Positions 9,228-19,165 are shown, numbered from the stretch's first letter. The stretch is 64,000 bases of DNA from Candidatus Poribacteria bacterium (GCA_965215015.1 OZ244042.1:128001-192000), one strand, 5' to 3'. Made by a program: numbers and translations. Notes: generated by a model from the letters alone, not told the origin.

Positions 9228-10673
9228 CTACAACGATTCCAGAAAAGCGATGAGCGCGTCTCTGTCGCTTGCGGACATCTGCTGAACTGCCTCACGCGAT
9301 TGCTCCGCTTCTCCACCGTGCCACAGAATCGCCTCTAATAAATCTCTCGCCCGACCATCGTGGAGAAAGTTGGTGTGCCCGTTGACCACTTTGACCAACC
9401 CGATACCCCACAGCGGCGGGGTGCGCCATTCCGATCCGCCCGCTAAAAAATCGGGGCGATTGTCTGCTAACCCCGGACCCATGTCATGCAGCAACAGATC
9501 GGTGTACGGGTGAATCGTCTGGTCGGAAACCTCCGGCACATCCGATAACGTTCCTGTCCGCAACGTCGGAATATGGCAACCGGAACATCGCGCACTATCA
9601 AAGAGTTGCTCGCCACGCTGAACCATTGGATCGTCAAGGGCACGTCGGGCAGGGACAGCAAGGGTTTGGACGTAAAATGTCACCACATCCAAAATTTCAT
9701 CGCTGAGTTCTGGGTCGTCCCCCCGTCCATCGTATTGCGGTTGCCCAGCCGAATTCTCATTCGGTAGTAGCGAAGTTGTAATGCCCATGTCGTCGTGGTA
9801 GGCAGAAGCGACCTGTTGAATCAGTGTCGGTTGATTCGCCTTCCACCCGAATCGACCGAGACTCCGCCTATTCTCTTGGACATCCCAAACGAAATTCGCT
9901 TTCCCTGAAATCCCATCCCCATCCTGATCGTCTTCGTCCGCCAAGGCAAGGATGGTGGCTTCAGGTATCGCTTCGAGTAGTCCTAAGCCAAACACAACGG
10001 GGGCGACACGGGGTGAGAGCTCAACGTCGTCCGGTAACGGTTGATACGGAGCTTCGATTTTGTAGTTCGGCGTCCGGAGATACACCTTCACCCCGTCGCT
10101 TGTCGTCAGTTCGCCTTCCGTATAATCGATCGTTACCGTTCCCTCCGGGGGGACACCGAAGATTGCGCGGTTATTGAGTTGTGTTCCGAAGCCGGGAACT
10201 GGTACAGGGCCGCGGGTGCCATCACCTTCCGGATTCGGAAGACTTACGCGGAAAAGCATTGATGTGAGCTTTTCGCCCGATGTCGGCGCCCGGCCCCGAC
10301 CATCTCGCGCATGACAGTTGATACACGAGATATTATTGTAAACCGGACCGAGCCCCGGATTGACTTCCGCAGGGACGGTGACAAAAACCGCTTCAAACTC
10401 TACATCACCTGCGAGGTGCTTTGCTAGACCGTCTGCCGAGAGATTTGGCGCGGGCGTTGAAAACGCATGGCTCGTCGCGTCAAAAACCGTCGTCTCACCG
10501 CCTGAAAGCCCTTTATCCGAAACGTCCATCTTCTCCGGATCGGTCAGATTGTCCGAATCACAGGCAGTGATCAGCATACAAAGTAAGATTATAGGAAATA
10601 GAACGTATGAAAAATAATTTAATTTCATGATTCCAAATTCAATGGGTATCTCGTTTTGCCTACCTGTCTTCAT
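9228..10673 (-). CDS. Di-heme oxidoreductase family protein (DHOR/DUF1111), probable lipoprotein
   Basis: Two CxxCH motifs (CINCH, CSGCH), GLGLLEAI, RFGWKA, PYTDLLLHDMG, WRTPPLWG, LHDGRAR. Confidence 0.92.
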   Translation of the reverse strand: MKTGRQNEIPIEFGIMKLNYFSYVLFPIILLCMLITACDSDNLTDPEKMDVSDKGLSGGETTVFDATSHAFSTPAPNLSADGLAKHLAGDVEFEAVFVTVPAEVNPGLGPVYNNISCINCHARDGRGRAPTSGEKLTSMLFRVSLPNPEGDGTRGPVPVPGFGTQLNNRAIFGVPPEGTVTIDYTEGELTTSDGVKVYLRTPNYKIEAPYQPLPDDVELSPRVAPVVFGLGLLEAIPEATILALADEDDQDGDGISGKANFVWDVQENRRSLGRFGWKANQPTLIQQVASAYHDDMGITTSLLPNENSAGQPQYDGRGDDPELSDEILDVVTFYVQTLAVPARRALDDPMVQRGEQLFDSARCSGCHIPTLRTGTLSDVPEVSDQTIHPYTDLLLHDMGPGLADNRPDFLAGGSEWRTPPLWGIGLVKVVNGHTNFLHDGRARDLLEAILWHGGEAEQSREAVQQMSASDRDALIAFLESL

Positions 10674-10851
10674 TTTTTGCTTCGCGTCCTCTCACCGCCA
10701 ACTAATATAACTCTGCTAACTCAAACCGATTTATGGCGTAGAATCGTTGAGCGGCTTCCTCAATAGGGACGAATTTCACGCTTGCCCACCTGTTCACCAC
10801 CTTCAGGATTTTCGGGACTGCCGATGATTTCTACCGCTTAAGAAATCATAC

Positions 10852-10889
10852 AGAGAAACCGAGTTTTTCCTAAAAAACTCGGTTTCTCT
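10852..10889. repeat. Palindromic intergenic repeat (copy 2), possible terminator
   Basis: AGAGAAACCGAGTTTTT-CCTA-AAAAACTCGGTTTCTCT perfect stem just downstream of the imelysin gene. Confidence 0.7.
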
Positions 10890-10907
10890 ATCATGCGCTA
10901 GACCGTG

Positions 10908-12035
10908 TTAATCAAAATTACTGTCTAACACCAGCTTCAAGATATCATTCTCGAGTGTCTGCTGAACCGTGCTGACCACATCAATCGCTGCTTGGACAGC
11001 AGCACGCTGGGTAGTGATTGAATCACGGAAGGGATCTGGAACTGCGCCGATCGTGTCGATAGCATTCTGAACTTCGGTTTGGAATCTTGCGTCCAGATCG
11101 GCGTCCTTGCCGTTCACAAATTCGTTAAGTCCCTGGCCATCCGTGGTGAATTTCCCCATGTAAACGTTTTGAATACCCCGGATATTGTCTTGGAAGTCGG
11201 CAATCGAGTTGAAGCTAAACTGCGACTCGACAAGGGTTGTGTCCCGCTCATTGAACGGGTCGGAAATCTTGCCGTTGGCGACCTCATCGGCGATGACAAT
11301 CATGCCGTTGACCATTTCTTGCATTGCATCTTTCTGTGATTTATAAATCGTACTGGAGCCGCCAGCATCAGCGACCTCTGCGGCGTAATTTTCACCAGAC
11401 GCATCCCACGCGTTACGTAACTGAGCAGTTTTTGATTTCAGATGCTCTGTCGTTGCGGCGAGGTATTCAAGTTCACGTGGGGTAATATCCGCAGCTTTTC
11501 GCTGATCACCCTCCCGGAAGAGGAGATACTCTATAGTGTGGAAACCTTTCAGCGTGTCCTCAAGCGCGTCAATTGACGCTGAAGTCAACGCCTGCCCACT
11601 GGCAAGCACCGCGTCAAGGTCAACCCTATTGACGGGCCAGCTATCGAGTGCCGGGTCGAGCCCTTGCGTATCGACGGGACCGAACAGGAATGCCTCACTC
11701 TGTTCCCACGGTCTTCGCGTTGCCTTCCACGCAGCTTGCGCCTGTCCCAAGTTGGCTTGCGTAGTATCCGCTTCCAACGCTTTGATAGCGGTCAGCAGAT
11801 CACCTGCTTTGTTGTCCAGATCAGCGTAAGTAGCAAGCACAACCGTGTTAGCGAAGGCGTTCAACGTAGTGCTTGCATCAAACACTACCTCTTCAGCACT
11901 ATCATTATCATCATTATCATCATCGTCGTCATTGCCACAACCGACGAGACCACAACCGATGAGGCAAATCGATAAGACCAAAACGGTTGATAGGGTAAAG
12001 CAATAGAGTTTTGCTAGGTATTGGTTGAATCTCAT
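10908..12035 (-). CDS. Imelysin/IrpA-like iron-regulated lipoprotein
   Basis: WEQSEAFLFGP, DSWP, GFHTIEYLLF (GxHxxE), EVANGKI, ESQFSFNS..DFQDNI; lipobox LVGC. Confidence 0.92.
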   Translation of the reverse strand: MRFNQYLAKLYCFTLSTVLVLSICLIGCGLVGCGNDDDDDNDDNDSAEEVVFDASTTLNAFANTVVLATYADLDNKAGDLLTAIKALEADTTQANLGQAQAAWKATRRPWEQSEAFLFGPVDTQGLDPALDSWPVNRVDLDAVLASGQALTSASIDALEDTLKGFHTIEYLLFREGDQRKAADITPRELEYLAATTEHLKSKTAQLRNAWDASGENYAAEVADAGGSSTIYKSQKDAMQEMVNGMIVIADEVANGKISDPFNERDTTLVESQFSFNSIADFQDNIRGIQNVYMGKFTTDGQGLNEFVNGKDADLDARFQTEVQNAIDTIGAVPDPFRDSITTQRAAVQAAIDVVSTVQQTLENDILKLVLDSNFD

Positions 12036-12064
12036 TGGATCCTCCTTTTTAATTTAAAATTAAA

Positions 12065-13267
12065 TTAGTATTGGAATCCGAAGCCAAGCGCGAAGGTATT
12101 CTCTTCGTTTTCGACTTCGGTGCCCAATCTCCGTGCCGAGTAGTGTCCCTTAAAGACAAGCTGCGGATATGGATGATAATTGGCACCGAACGTCCACGTT
12201 TGACGGTCCCAACGCGGATTATCAAAGATGTCCCCTTCAACCTCAGCCATTGTATCGTAGTTGTCGTAGCGAACAAATAGATCGAGCACTGCCTCAGTAT
12301 TCAAGGATGATTTGAAAAAAGTGAGCAGATTGTAGCCGATTTCGAGGTACCCCCCAAAGGCTTGGCTACCAACGGGTGTCCGTTTTACGTTTAGGTTGTT
12401 TGAGAGATTCCGATTCGCTCTGGAGATAGGTTCTGAATTTTCGAGTGTGCCGTACAGAAACAACCCCCGAACCTTCAACGCATCGACCTCGTAAAAGCCG
12501 TGCAGGTCAACAATGGAAACGTTGGCGTCAACCCGCAGGTCCGGTTTGGGGCGGTTGTCCGCACTATCGCCGTAGTAGCCGGAGATACCGAGGACTGTCC
12601 CGTCCATGACCTTGTAATCAACCCGCCCGACAAGCGCGAAATCTTCAGCATTGGCGGTTTCAAACCGTAGTTGATGGCCCCTGACAATCCAACGGCGCGA
12701 ACTGAAGCCGGTGGAGTCCAAGCCGTTAACCACTTGCGCCTGATAGCTGAGCGCGCCGATTTCGCCAAATAGCTCGATCCCATTTTCATGCCAAATGGTT
12801 GGGATGAGATTCGATTCAGATTCGGGACGGGTGGTTGTGAAGTAGTGTTGCGGGCGATGCCGCTTCGCAGTTAGGCCGACCGGCACGATGATGTGACCGA
12901 TCCGAAGGTTGAGCGCGGGGCGAATCTCAAAGACCGCGGCGAGTTTCTCAACGATGACCTCGCCGCCCTTTTCGACTTCCATCTCGAACTCACCAAACTC
13001 CTCGAATTTATCGAACTCCATTGTGATGCCGGTTCCACCGTGCTCAAACTCCAGCTCCGCTTCAAGCCGGACGGTGTCATTCATCTGGAACTTCGGCGCG
13101 ATGACGAACCGTTCAACGTCAATCTGGGCGCGCCGCTCTGGATCGGTCTGCCAATCGAAGTTGGCATAGTTGATTACTCCGTAGCCGGAGACACTCAACC
13201 GTTTGGATTCGGCCGGTAGGACTTGAGCCATTAAGAGGAGAAGTACAACACAACGGAAAATTTGCAA
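12065..13267 (-). CDS. Outer-membrane beta-barrel/porin of the imelysin operon
   Basis: Signal peptide, SGYG, ELEFEHGG, IPTIWHENG, C-terminal LGFGFQY. TTG start at 13267 with GGAGG RBS. Confidence 0.8.
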   Translation of the reverse strand: MQIFRCVVLLLLMAQVLPAESKRLSVSGYGVINYANFDWQTDPERRAQIDVERFVIAPKFQMNDTVRLEAELEFEHGGTGITMEFDKFEEFGEFEMEVEKGGEVIVEKLAAVFEIRPALNLRIGHIIVPVGLTAKRHRPQHYFTTTRPESESNLIPTIWHENGIELFGEIGALSYQAQVVNGLDSTGFSSRRWIVRGHQLRFETANAEDFALVGRVDYKVMDGTVLGISGYYGDSADNRPKPDLRVDANVSIVDLHGFYEVDALKVRGLFLYGTLENSEPISRANRNLSNNLNVKRTPVGSQAFGGYLEIGYNLLTFFKSSLNTEAVLDLFVRYDNYDTMAEVEGDIFDNPRWDRQTWTFGANYHPYPQLVFKGHYSARRLGTEVENEENTFALGFGFQY

Positions 13268-13285
13268 TGCTAACCTCCCATATTT

Positions 13286-13304
13286 ATTGAAACAGAGTCT
13301 CAAT
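13286..13304. promoter_or_regulatory. Fur-like box next to the porin RBS
   Basis: ATTGAAACAGAGTCTCAAT, imperfect palindrome. Confidence 0.55.
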
Positions 13305-13366
13305 TTCAAAGCAACATAAAATAAAAAGGGGCATATTTTGCCCGATTGACGCCTTCATGAAATGAT

Positions 13367-13390
13367 ATTGAGACTCATTCGCATCTCAAT
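13367..13390. promoter_or_regulatory. Fur-like box just downstream of the promoter
   Basis: ATTGAGACTCATTCGCATCTCAAT with ATTGAGA/TCTCAAT arms. Confidence 0.6.
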
Positions 13391-13398
13391 TCTGTAGT

Positions 13399-13427
13399 AT
13401 TATAAATCACTGCAAAGGTTTTGTCAA
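13399..13427 (-). promoter_or_regulatory. Consensus sigma70 promoter of the porin-imelysin-DHOR operon
   Basis: Minus strand TTGACA-17bp-TATAAT, perfect consensus. Confidence 0.8.
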
Positions 13428-13772
13428 GTTTTTTTTACAAATTATTAAAAAAAATTCTGAGTGTCTAAATCGGGGCTTGGACGAATTAAGATTGACCTTT
13501 TCGCAATTGCGTTGCGAACACCGGTACTGAGGAAAGGGAATGCTAAAGATATGGGCTAGATTACCATTGGGATAAGTCGTTACTGGCTTTTAGTAAAACG
13601 CTTGGACACGAGGGTACTAAGACCTAAAAAAAGAAAACGAGAGAACCAGCTTTCCGTTTTCCCCTTCGTAAGGGAAAGTTCCAGTTTCGTTTCTTCGTTC
13701 CGATCCCGATGAAACTGTGAATCTACGATGCCGTACGCATCCCCTTTAGAAGACAACCGAAGCGGGCCTGGC

Positions 13773-13819
13773 ACCCCCTCCCCCGCTTGCGGGGGGACTG
13801 AGGGGGGGGTAAGGGGGGG
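13773..13819. repeat. C/G-rich palindromic repeat CCCCC(T)GCTTGCGGGGGG..GAGGGGGG
   Basis: Same family at 46826-47300, 52360-52422, 52618-52650, 63035-63064 and 63861-63890. Confidence 0.75.
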
Positions 13820-13839
13820 CGACGTTGCGTTTTATTGAG

Positions 13840-14571
13840 TTACCATTTGATCTCTTTGACTTTTACAAATTTCGGGATCTCAAACTGAAAGATTGGGGAG
13901 GGTGGTTGTGCGTTGAGTTGTGGATTGCTGTAGACAACACGTTCATATTCCATAACTTCCGATTTGGGACCATATAGCCTAGAAATAACCTCCATAGGGA
14001 TATGACTATCGCCGAGTTTGATATGGTTCCGATAAAACGATTTTGCGGCAAGTTGATCGTCAGGGGTCTTGACTTCAGCAGAGATGAGTCTACTATTGCG
14101 ACTCCCTAGAATAACGGTGCCAAGTTTATCTTTCGCTTTTTCAGGTGGTGCCCAATAGGTGTAGAGCACATCGTCCGCTATCTCATGTCGGTCAAAGGAA
14201 TACCCAATCGTAGTCAATCCGTACTCTGCCTGTGTTGACTGGATGATGGATTCGACAAACGGGAGCGGAATTCGCCCTTTGGCGATGAAGCGGAACGCTT
14301 GATTTTCGACAGGATAATAGATTTCTAGCACCTTGTCTTTCACAACCATTATCTGCTTGAGCGGTTCCGCAACCTCAATGACAATCCGCGCTGCTTTTAC
14401 ATCGTAGTGGAGGGTGCCGGTTATTGTCCCCTTTTTGTCACCTTCGGTCAATTCTCGTGTGAAGTCGAGGGAGAGGGTTTTTAGCGGTGCGGCATGGAGC
14501 ACGGTGCAGAGAAGGGCGGTAAGTAAAAGAGGGACGGTGAACTTAAGGGTTTTGGACATTAGCTGGGACAT
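13840..14571 (-). CDS. Exported protein, possibly LolA/outer-membrane lipoprotein carrier-like fold
   Basis: Signal peptide, then LKTLSLDFTRE..GTLHY..IEVAEPLKQIMV and a C-terminal P..FQFEIP pattern typical of LolA-like proteins. Confidence 0.55.
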   Translation of the reverse strand: MSQLMSKTLKFTVPLLLTALLCTVLHAAPLKTLSLDFTRELTEGDKKGTITGTLHYDVKAARIVIEVAEPLKQIMVVKDKVLEIYYPVENQAFRFIAKGRIPLPFVESIIQSTQAEYGLTTIGYSFDRHEIADDVLYTYWAPPEKAKDKLGTVILGSRNSRLISAEVKTPDDQLAAKSFYRNHIKLGDSHIPMEVISRLYGPKSEVMEYERVVYSNPQLNAQPPSPIFQFEIPKFVKVKEIKW

Positions 14572-14637
14572 CTTGTCCAATCTCCATACCCGTAGGGCGG
14601 GTGTCCACACGTAATCTGGCTGATGAGCACCCCTCAC

Positions 14638-15057
14638 TTAATTAGCCTCTGCTGTTACAACAGCCACAACAACCACTACGGATATAAGACTACCGAGAAT
14701 ACAACCTCCGAGGGCACTGTTAGCCTGAAGTGTTTTGGCTTTTCTCCTATAGGCATCGGTGTAAAAGGCGACATATTCTGGTGATTTGCCGAGGAATCTT
14801 GTGGTAGGGGGAGCAGCCTCAACTGCATAGGCACCAATGACAACCAGTGAACCACCAATGGCACCCAGTAGTACACCACCGAGACAACCTCCCGCAAACC
14901 AAAGCCCCTTATTAACATCGCCCTGGGCGTCCCGTTCGGCGGCGACTATCGCCTCCACTGCTAATGAATGCTGTTGGGCAAAGGTGACAAAAGGCGCACT
15001 GAACGTCAACATCGCCATCAAAAGTGCCAAAATTTGACACGAATTCTTTAATTTCAT
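14638..15057 (-). CDS. Hypothetical membrane protein
   Basis: Signal peptide, two Gly-rich hydrophobic segments and GKSPEYVAFYTDAY; GGAG RBS. Confidence 0.7.
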   Translation of the reverse strand: MKLKNSCQILALLMAMLTFSAPFVTFAQQHSLAVEAIVAAERDAQGDVNKGLWFAGGCLGGVLLGAIGGSLVVIGAYAVEAAPPTTRFLGKSPEYVAFYTDAYRRKAKTLQANSALGGCILGSLISVVVVVAVVTAEAN

Positions 15058-15488
15058 TTTCGCAAGACCTCTCCTTTTGCAAGTAAAATGTTTGCACAAT
15101 TATTATGGGGGAATTTGCAGCGGTTTTCATCGTTACCTCCAGCTGGCTTGAGATAATCTTAATTAAGAAACACAGAACTATGGCTCAACCGCTTGGAATA
15201 CGCTTATTATATATATCTTGCGGAGAAAGGTCAAGTTCTCCATGGAGTTCTGTGACTATAATAGCCGCAAATCAATTGGGCTTTGCATCAGTCCTATTAT
15301 ATTCATCTTCTGGGTATTCCTTTGTAAGCGTTGGAGGTTAGTCCCCCGGCGTGTGGGAGGAGAGTGAAACTGAACCCCTATGGCGTACGCCGTATGCCTA
15401 CTACTGTCCGGGTTTTATCTATACGAATGCCTAACATACACACCTGTGGCTTCGAGAATTGGCACATCAGCAGTGATCGTTTGTGGGG

Positions 15489-15778
15489 TCAGGGGGGCGA
15501 TCGAGCATCTAGGTCTTTCAGATTGGTTAATTCCAGCAGGGATGATAGGTCTGATACCTGATTGGCAGAAAGCCCTAAGTCTTTTAGGTTGGTTAGGCCT
15601 GCTAAAGGCGACGGATCCGAGACGCGGTTTTTATAAAGGTTCAGTTGTTCTAAACCTTAATCCTGCCAATAGCGACAGGTTCGATACCCAGTTGGAGCCA
15701 AGTCCAAGCGATTCCAAAGCGGTTAATTCTGCTAGCGGCGATAGATCCGATACCTCGTTGTCAGTAAGCGAAAGAAAC
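15489..15778 (-). pseudogene. Internalin-type leucine-rich-repeat gene fragment
   Basis: Manual translation: FLSLTDNEVSDLSPLAELTA/LESLGLGSNWVSNLSLLAG [frameshift] LEQLNLYKNRVSDPSPLAGLTN/LKDLGLSANQVSDLSSLLELTN/LKDLD*, which are 22-aa LRRs. Confidence 0.85.
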
Positions 15779-15844
15779 TAAGATAAGGGAGAATTGCTAC
15801 ACACCTTTCGCCCTCGCGGAAGCTGTAGACTGCAACTTAGGTTA

Positions 15845-16777
15845 TCAAATCAACCCCTCCCGTTTAGCAAGATAGGATGACAGGGCGTAATCAACGGGGG
15901 TTGCGGTGTCAATCGTGTTGTAGTCGATGTCGGATCTGCTCAATTCTAACTTGTAGTGATTGATGAAATCATGCAGATGGCTGAGGTAGCTTTGACGAAT
16001 CGCCTGCGGCGTTGCGATGACCTCCTCGTCCGTTTCGGAATCAACGAAACGCGCCACACGATCAAATGTAAATTCTAGCTCCTGATGATCTAAAATATGA
16101 AAGACAATCACCTCGTGTCCGTCGTAACGGAGGTGTTCAAGGGCATTCACAACCGTATCGGGGGCTTCCTCGTAGAGATCGGAGACTAAGATAACCAATC
16201 CACGTTTGGTGAGGCGTTCAGCAATCTGGTGGATGGGTTGACCCATGCGCGTGAGTTTATTGGTCGTGATTCGCTCAAGCCTGAGCAGAATCGCGTGAAG
16301 ATGGGCGGGGGAACTTCGGGCGGGGAGGTATTCGTGGAGTTTTTCGTCAAAGTAGGCGAACCCGACAGCATCCCGTTGCTTTGCCATGAAATACGCGACC
16401 GAAGCGATAAGGTAGCTGGCGTATTGCAACTTTGTCAGTTCGCCGGAACCGTAGGTCATTGATTCACTAGTGTCCAGGAGGAGGTAACAGTTGAGGTTCG
16501 TTTCCTCCTCAAACTGCTTGATGTAGTACCGATTGGTTCGTCCATAGGCCTTCCAGTCGAGATGTTTGATATCATCGCCGGGCATATATTGTCGGTACTG
16601 TGCAAACTCGACGCTGAAACCGTGATAGGGGCTTTTGTGGAGACCTGAGATGAATCCCTCGACGACAAATTTCGCAATGAGTTCGAGATTCCCAATTTTT
16701 GCCAATGCGGCGGGATCCAGATAACGCTGTCCTTCTCGATTTTGCATCAATTTCATCCTCGACTGTATCAGGAGCAC
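15845..16777 (-). CDS. DUF58 domain protein (vWA-like, MoxR-associated)
   Basis: GLHKSPYHGFSVEFAQYRQYMPGDD..DWK, EEETN..LDTSESM (MIDAS-like), SDL. Confidence 0.92.
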   Translation of the reverse strand: MLLIQSRMKLMQNREGQRYLDPAALAKIGNLELIAKFVVEGFISGLHKSPYHGFSVEFAQYRQYMPGDDIKHLDWKAYGRTNRYYIKQFEEETNLNCYLLLDTSESMTYGSGELTKLQYASYLIASVAYFMAKQRDAVGFAYFDEKLHEYLPARSSPAHLHAILLRLERITTNKLTRMGQPIHQIAERLTKRGLVILVSDLYEEAPDTVVNALEHLRYDGHEVIVFHILDHQELEFTFDRVARFVDSETDEEVIATPQAIRQSYLSHLHDFINHYKLELSRSDIDYNTIDTATPVDYALSSYLAKREGLI

Positions 16778-16907
16778 TCTCTCCTTATGGAGAGGGGAGG
16801 TTGGAGGCTATAGACATTATGGAGCGAAAGACTCGGTGCTTAACGGGGGGGAAACCTCGCCCTTACAGAAAAACTGATAGATTTTCAATATGTAGGGGCT
16901 TGGGTGA

Positions 16908-18722
16908 TTAGATTTTTTTAAGGACCATTAATGTCAGGTCATCAAACTGCTGGGCTTCTCCCTGAAATTCGATAACGTCGTTGTAAATGGCTTGGCATAT
17001 CTGATCCGCACTTTTGCTTTTCACACGTGTTGCAACCTCTTCTAAACGCTCTTCTCCGTACAGTTCTTCGTCCGGGTTTACGGTTTCCGTTACCCCATCG
17101 GTGTAGAAAAGCACGACATCCCCGCTGCAAAGCTGGATTGTCTCCTGCTCATATTCTGAGATTTGAGACAGTACATCGTTAGGAAACATCCCCAACATCA
17201 CACCGCCTTTTTCCAGTTCATTACAGCCGCCATCGCATCGGAGGACAAGCGGATAGTTGTGTCCGGCGTTGATTGAAGTAATCTGATCCGTTTCCGGGTG
17301 TAACTGAGCGTAGAAGAAAGTTGCAAATTTACCAGAGGTACTGCTTGCGTAGAGCAGTGAATTGAGTGCTTCCGCCATGCTCGGCAGATCTTTCTTTCGC
17401 GTTACCTCCGAGTGTAGCCCCGCCCGTAACGTCGCCATGAGCAGCGCGGCTTGCATCCCTTTGCCAGAGACATCGGCGATTGCAAGGCCCCAAGTGCCTT
17501 TTGAATCTGGAAGGCAATCGTAGTAGTCCCCGCCGACGCCGCCGCGGGGGAAGTAAAGCCCGGTCGCCTCATAGCCGGAGATTTCGGGGAGCGTATCAGG
17601 AATCAGATTCTGCTGAATCTTTGCTGCTTCCTCCATTTCCGCTTGAAGTTGCCGTCCCTCCAGTGCCTCTTGGTAGAGTTGTGCGTTTTCGATTGCCACC
17701 CCCGCTTGATTGGCGAAGGCTTCAAGCAGAACTCTATCTTCGTTGGTAAAATCCAGCGTAGTCCCTCCCCTCCCCTCCTTATCCGCAACAATCAACACCC
17801 CCAGCGTATCTTCGCGTCCACGCATGGGGACTGCCATCAGATTCCGGCGACCAAGCAACACTTCATTGCCTCCACTGTTGGAAATCAGCGTTTCACCTTC
17901 CGGCGTTGCAACTTCAGCAAGAACGGACAGCGTCGCCGGAGCGTCCTGATCTGTTTTTAGGGGGATCGATAGATTTTCGAGTTCCGTATTGGCTTGAGGG
18001 TCAAAGGCGAAAATGGATTTCATTTCAAGGCACTGTGTAACTGGATTAATGAGCAGCAATCCCCCTGCGCTTGCGTCTAGCAGCGTGATTGCATGTGTCA
18101 CTACCTCTTCCTGCACAGCTTCTGTGTCGAGCGATTTGCAGATCTGGGTCGCGGTATCAGAAAGCATGAAAAGGCGAAACCGTTCCGCGCGGGTCTTGTC
18201 CAGCAGGCGTGAGTAAGCGATTGCGACGGAGATCTGGTTTGCTAACACCGGCAAGAGTTCTCGATTCCAGTCCTCCAAATTATCCTGCGTCCTAAAACTG
18301 CCCAGGCTGATAACGCCCAGAAATTCATCGCGGATCTTAAGGGGTGCCCATAAATTGGCATCGAGGAGCTCTAATTGGGGTCGGATTTGATTGAAAAAGT
18401 TAGCCAAAGTAGACGGTGGGTTGGAGGGATCTATGGTTGAAGATTTAAGTATCGCCGCGGTGTGGTCGGCGGTCACTGGAATGCGCAACGATTCGTCCTT
18501 GACGTTTATCGCCGCTTCGACAGTGAGGCAATTCTCGGTAGACTGAAAGAGCAGAATCGCGCAACGGGTTACTTGCAAGGTGCCGTGGATGATTCGCAGA
18601 TAGGTCCGACTTGATATGTTAAAGTTACCGCGCCCGGAGATGATTGTCTCACCCAGTTGTTCGAGCTCAGACAGGCTAAAAATTAGCCGTTGTATTGTCT
18701 CTTCAGCGGAAACGGATTGCAT
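16908..18722 (-). CDS. GAF-GAF-SpoIIE (PP2C) phosphatase, RsbU-like
   Basis: GGDYYD, IADVSGKG, NAGH, YTDGVTE, DDLT motifs after two GAF-like regions. Confidence 0.92.
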   Translation of the reverse strand: MQSVSAEETIQRLIFSLSELEQLGETIISGRGNFNISSRTYLRIIHGTLQVTRCAILLFQSTENCLTVEAAINVKDESLRIPVTADHTAAILKSSTIDPSNPPSTLANFFNQIRPQLELLDANLWAPLKIRDEFLGVISLGSFRTQDNLEDWNRELLPVLANQISVAIAYSRLLDKTRAERFRLFMLSDTATQICKSLDTEAVQEEVVTHAITLLDASAGGLLLINPVTQCLEMKSIFAFDPQANTELENLSIPLKTDQDAPATLSVLAEVATPEGETLISNSGGNEVLLGRRNLMAVPMRGREDTLGVLIVADKEGRGGTTLDFTNEDRVLLEAFANQAGVAIENAQLYQEALEGRQLQAEMEEAAKIQQNLIPDTLPEISGYEATGLYFPRGGVGGDYYDCLPDSKGTWGLAIADVSGKGMQAALLMATLRAGLHSEVTRKKDLPSMAEALNSLLYASSTSGKFATFFYAQLHPETDQITSINAGHNYPLVLRCDGGCNELEKGGVMLGMFPNDVLSQISEYEQETIQLCSGDVVLFYTDGVTETVNPDEELYGEERLEEVATRVKSKSADQICQAIYNDVIEFQGEAQQFDDLTLMVLKKI

Positions 18723-18820
18723 CTCTTATTACCTCTGATTGGTTGGGATTGATGATTTATCGCAGATTGTGCGGATGTCGTTATCGGTTGATCCGGCTCA
18801 GTCGTGCCCAGACAATCCAA

Positions 18821-19165
18821 TTATAGGTTGGTCGTTGCGGACGACTCATCGGAATGGATCTCGGCATGTTGAGCGAGCCCCATCATTTTGAAAGTCCGCT
18901 CAATGACGGGCGTTAAGTGGCAGAAATGCAGGGCCCCCCCGTGTTCTTCAAGGAATTCGATAATCTCAATCAGGATGGAAATGCCAATGCTATTAACGAG
19001 TCGTGTTCTTTCAAGGTTAATCACCAGTGTACTGTATCCTTCGTTCATAAGGTTTTTGGCAGTTTCGGCAAGTTTTTCCGCTGTCGGTCCGTTTAGATAT
19101 CCATCTGTTTGAATAACAGCGTAACCGTCTTCGGTACGCGTGCTGACATTAAAAGATGTCGCCAT
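18821..19165 (-). CDS. STAS anti-sigma-factor antagonist (RsbV-like)
   Basis: 114 aa; NSIGISIL phospho-Ser motif; TFKMMGL. Confidence 0.88.
   Translation of the reverse strand: MATSFNVSTRTEDGYAVIQTDGYLNGPTAEKLAETAKNLMNEGYSTLVINLERTRLVNSIGISILIEIIEFLEEHGGALHFCHLTPVIERTFKMMGLAQHAEIHSDESSATTNL

Noticed and set aside
10690-10850. Possible riboswitch between the imelysin and DHOR genes
   Set aside because: No recognisable cobalamin, TPP or other aptamer motifs.
15380-15781. 133-aa + strand ORF
   Set aside because: Antisense shadow of the LRR pseudogene.
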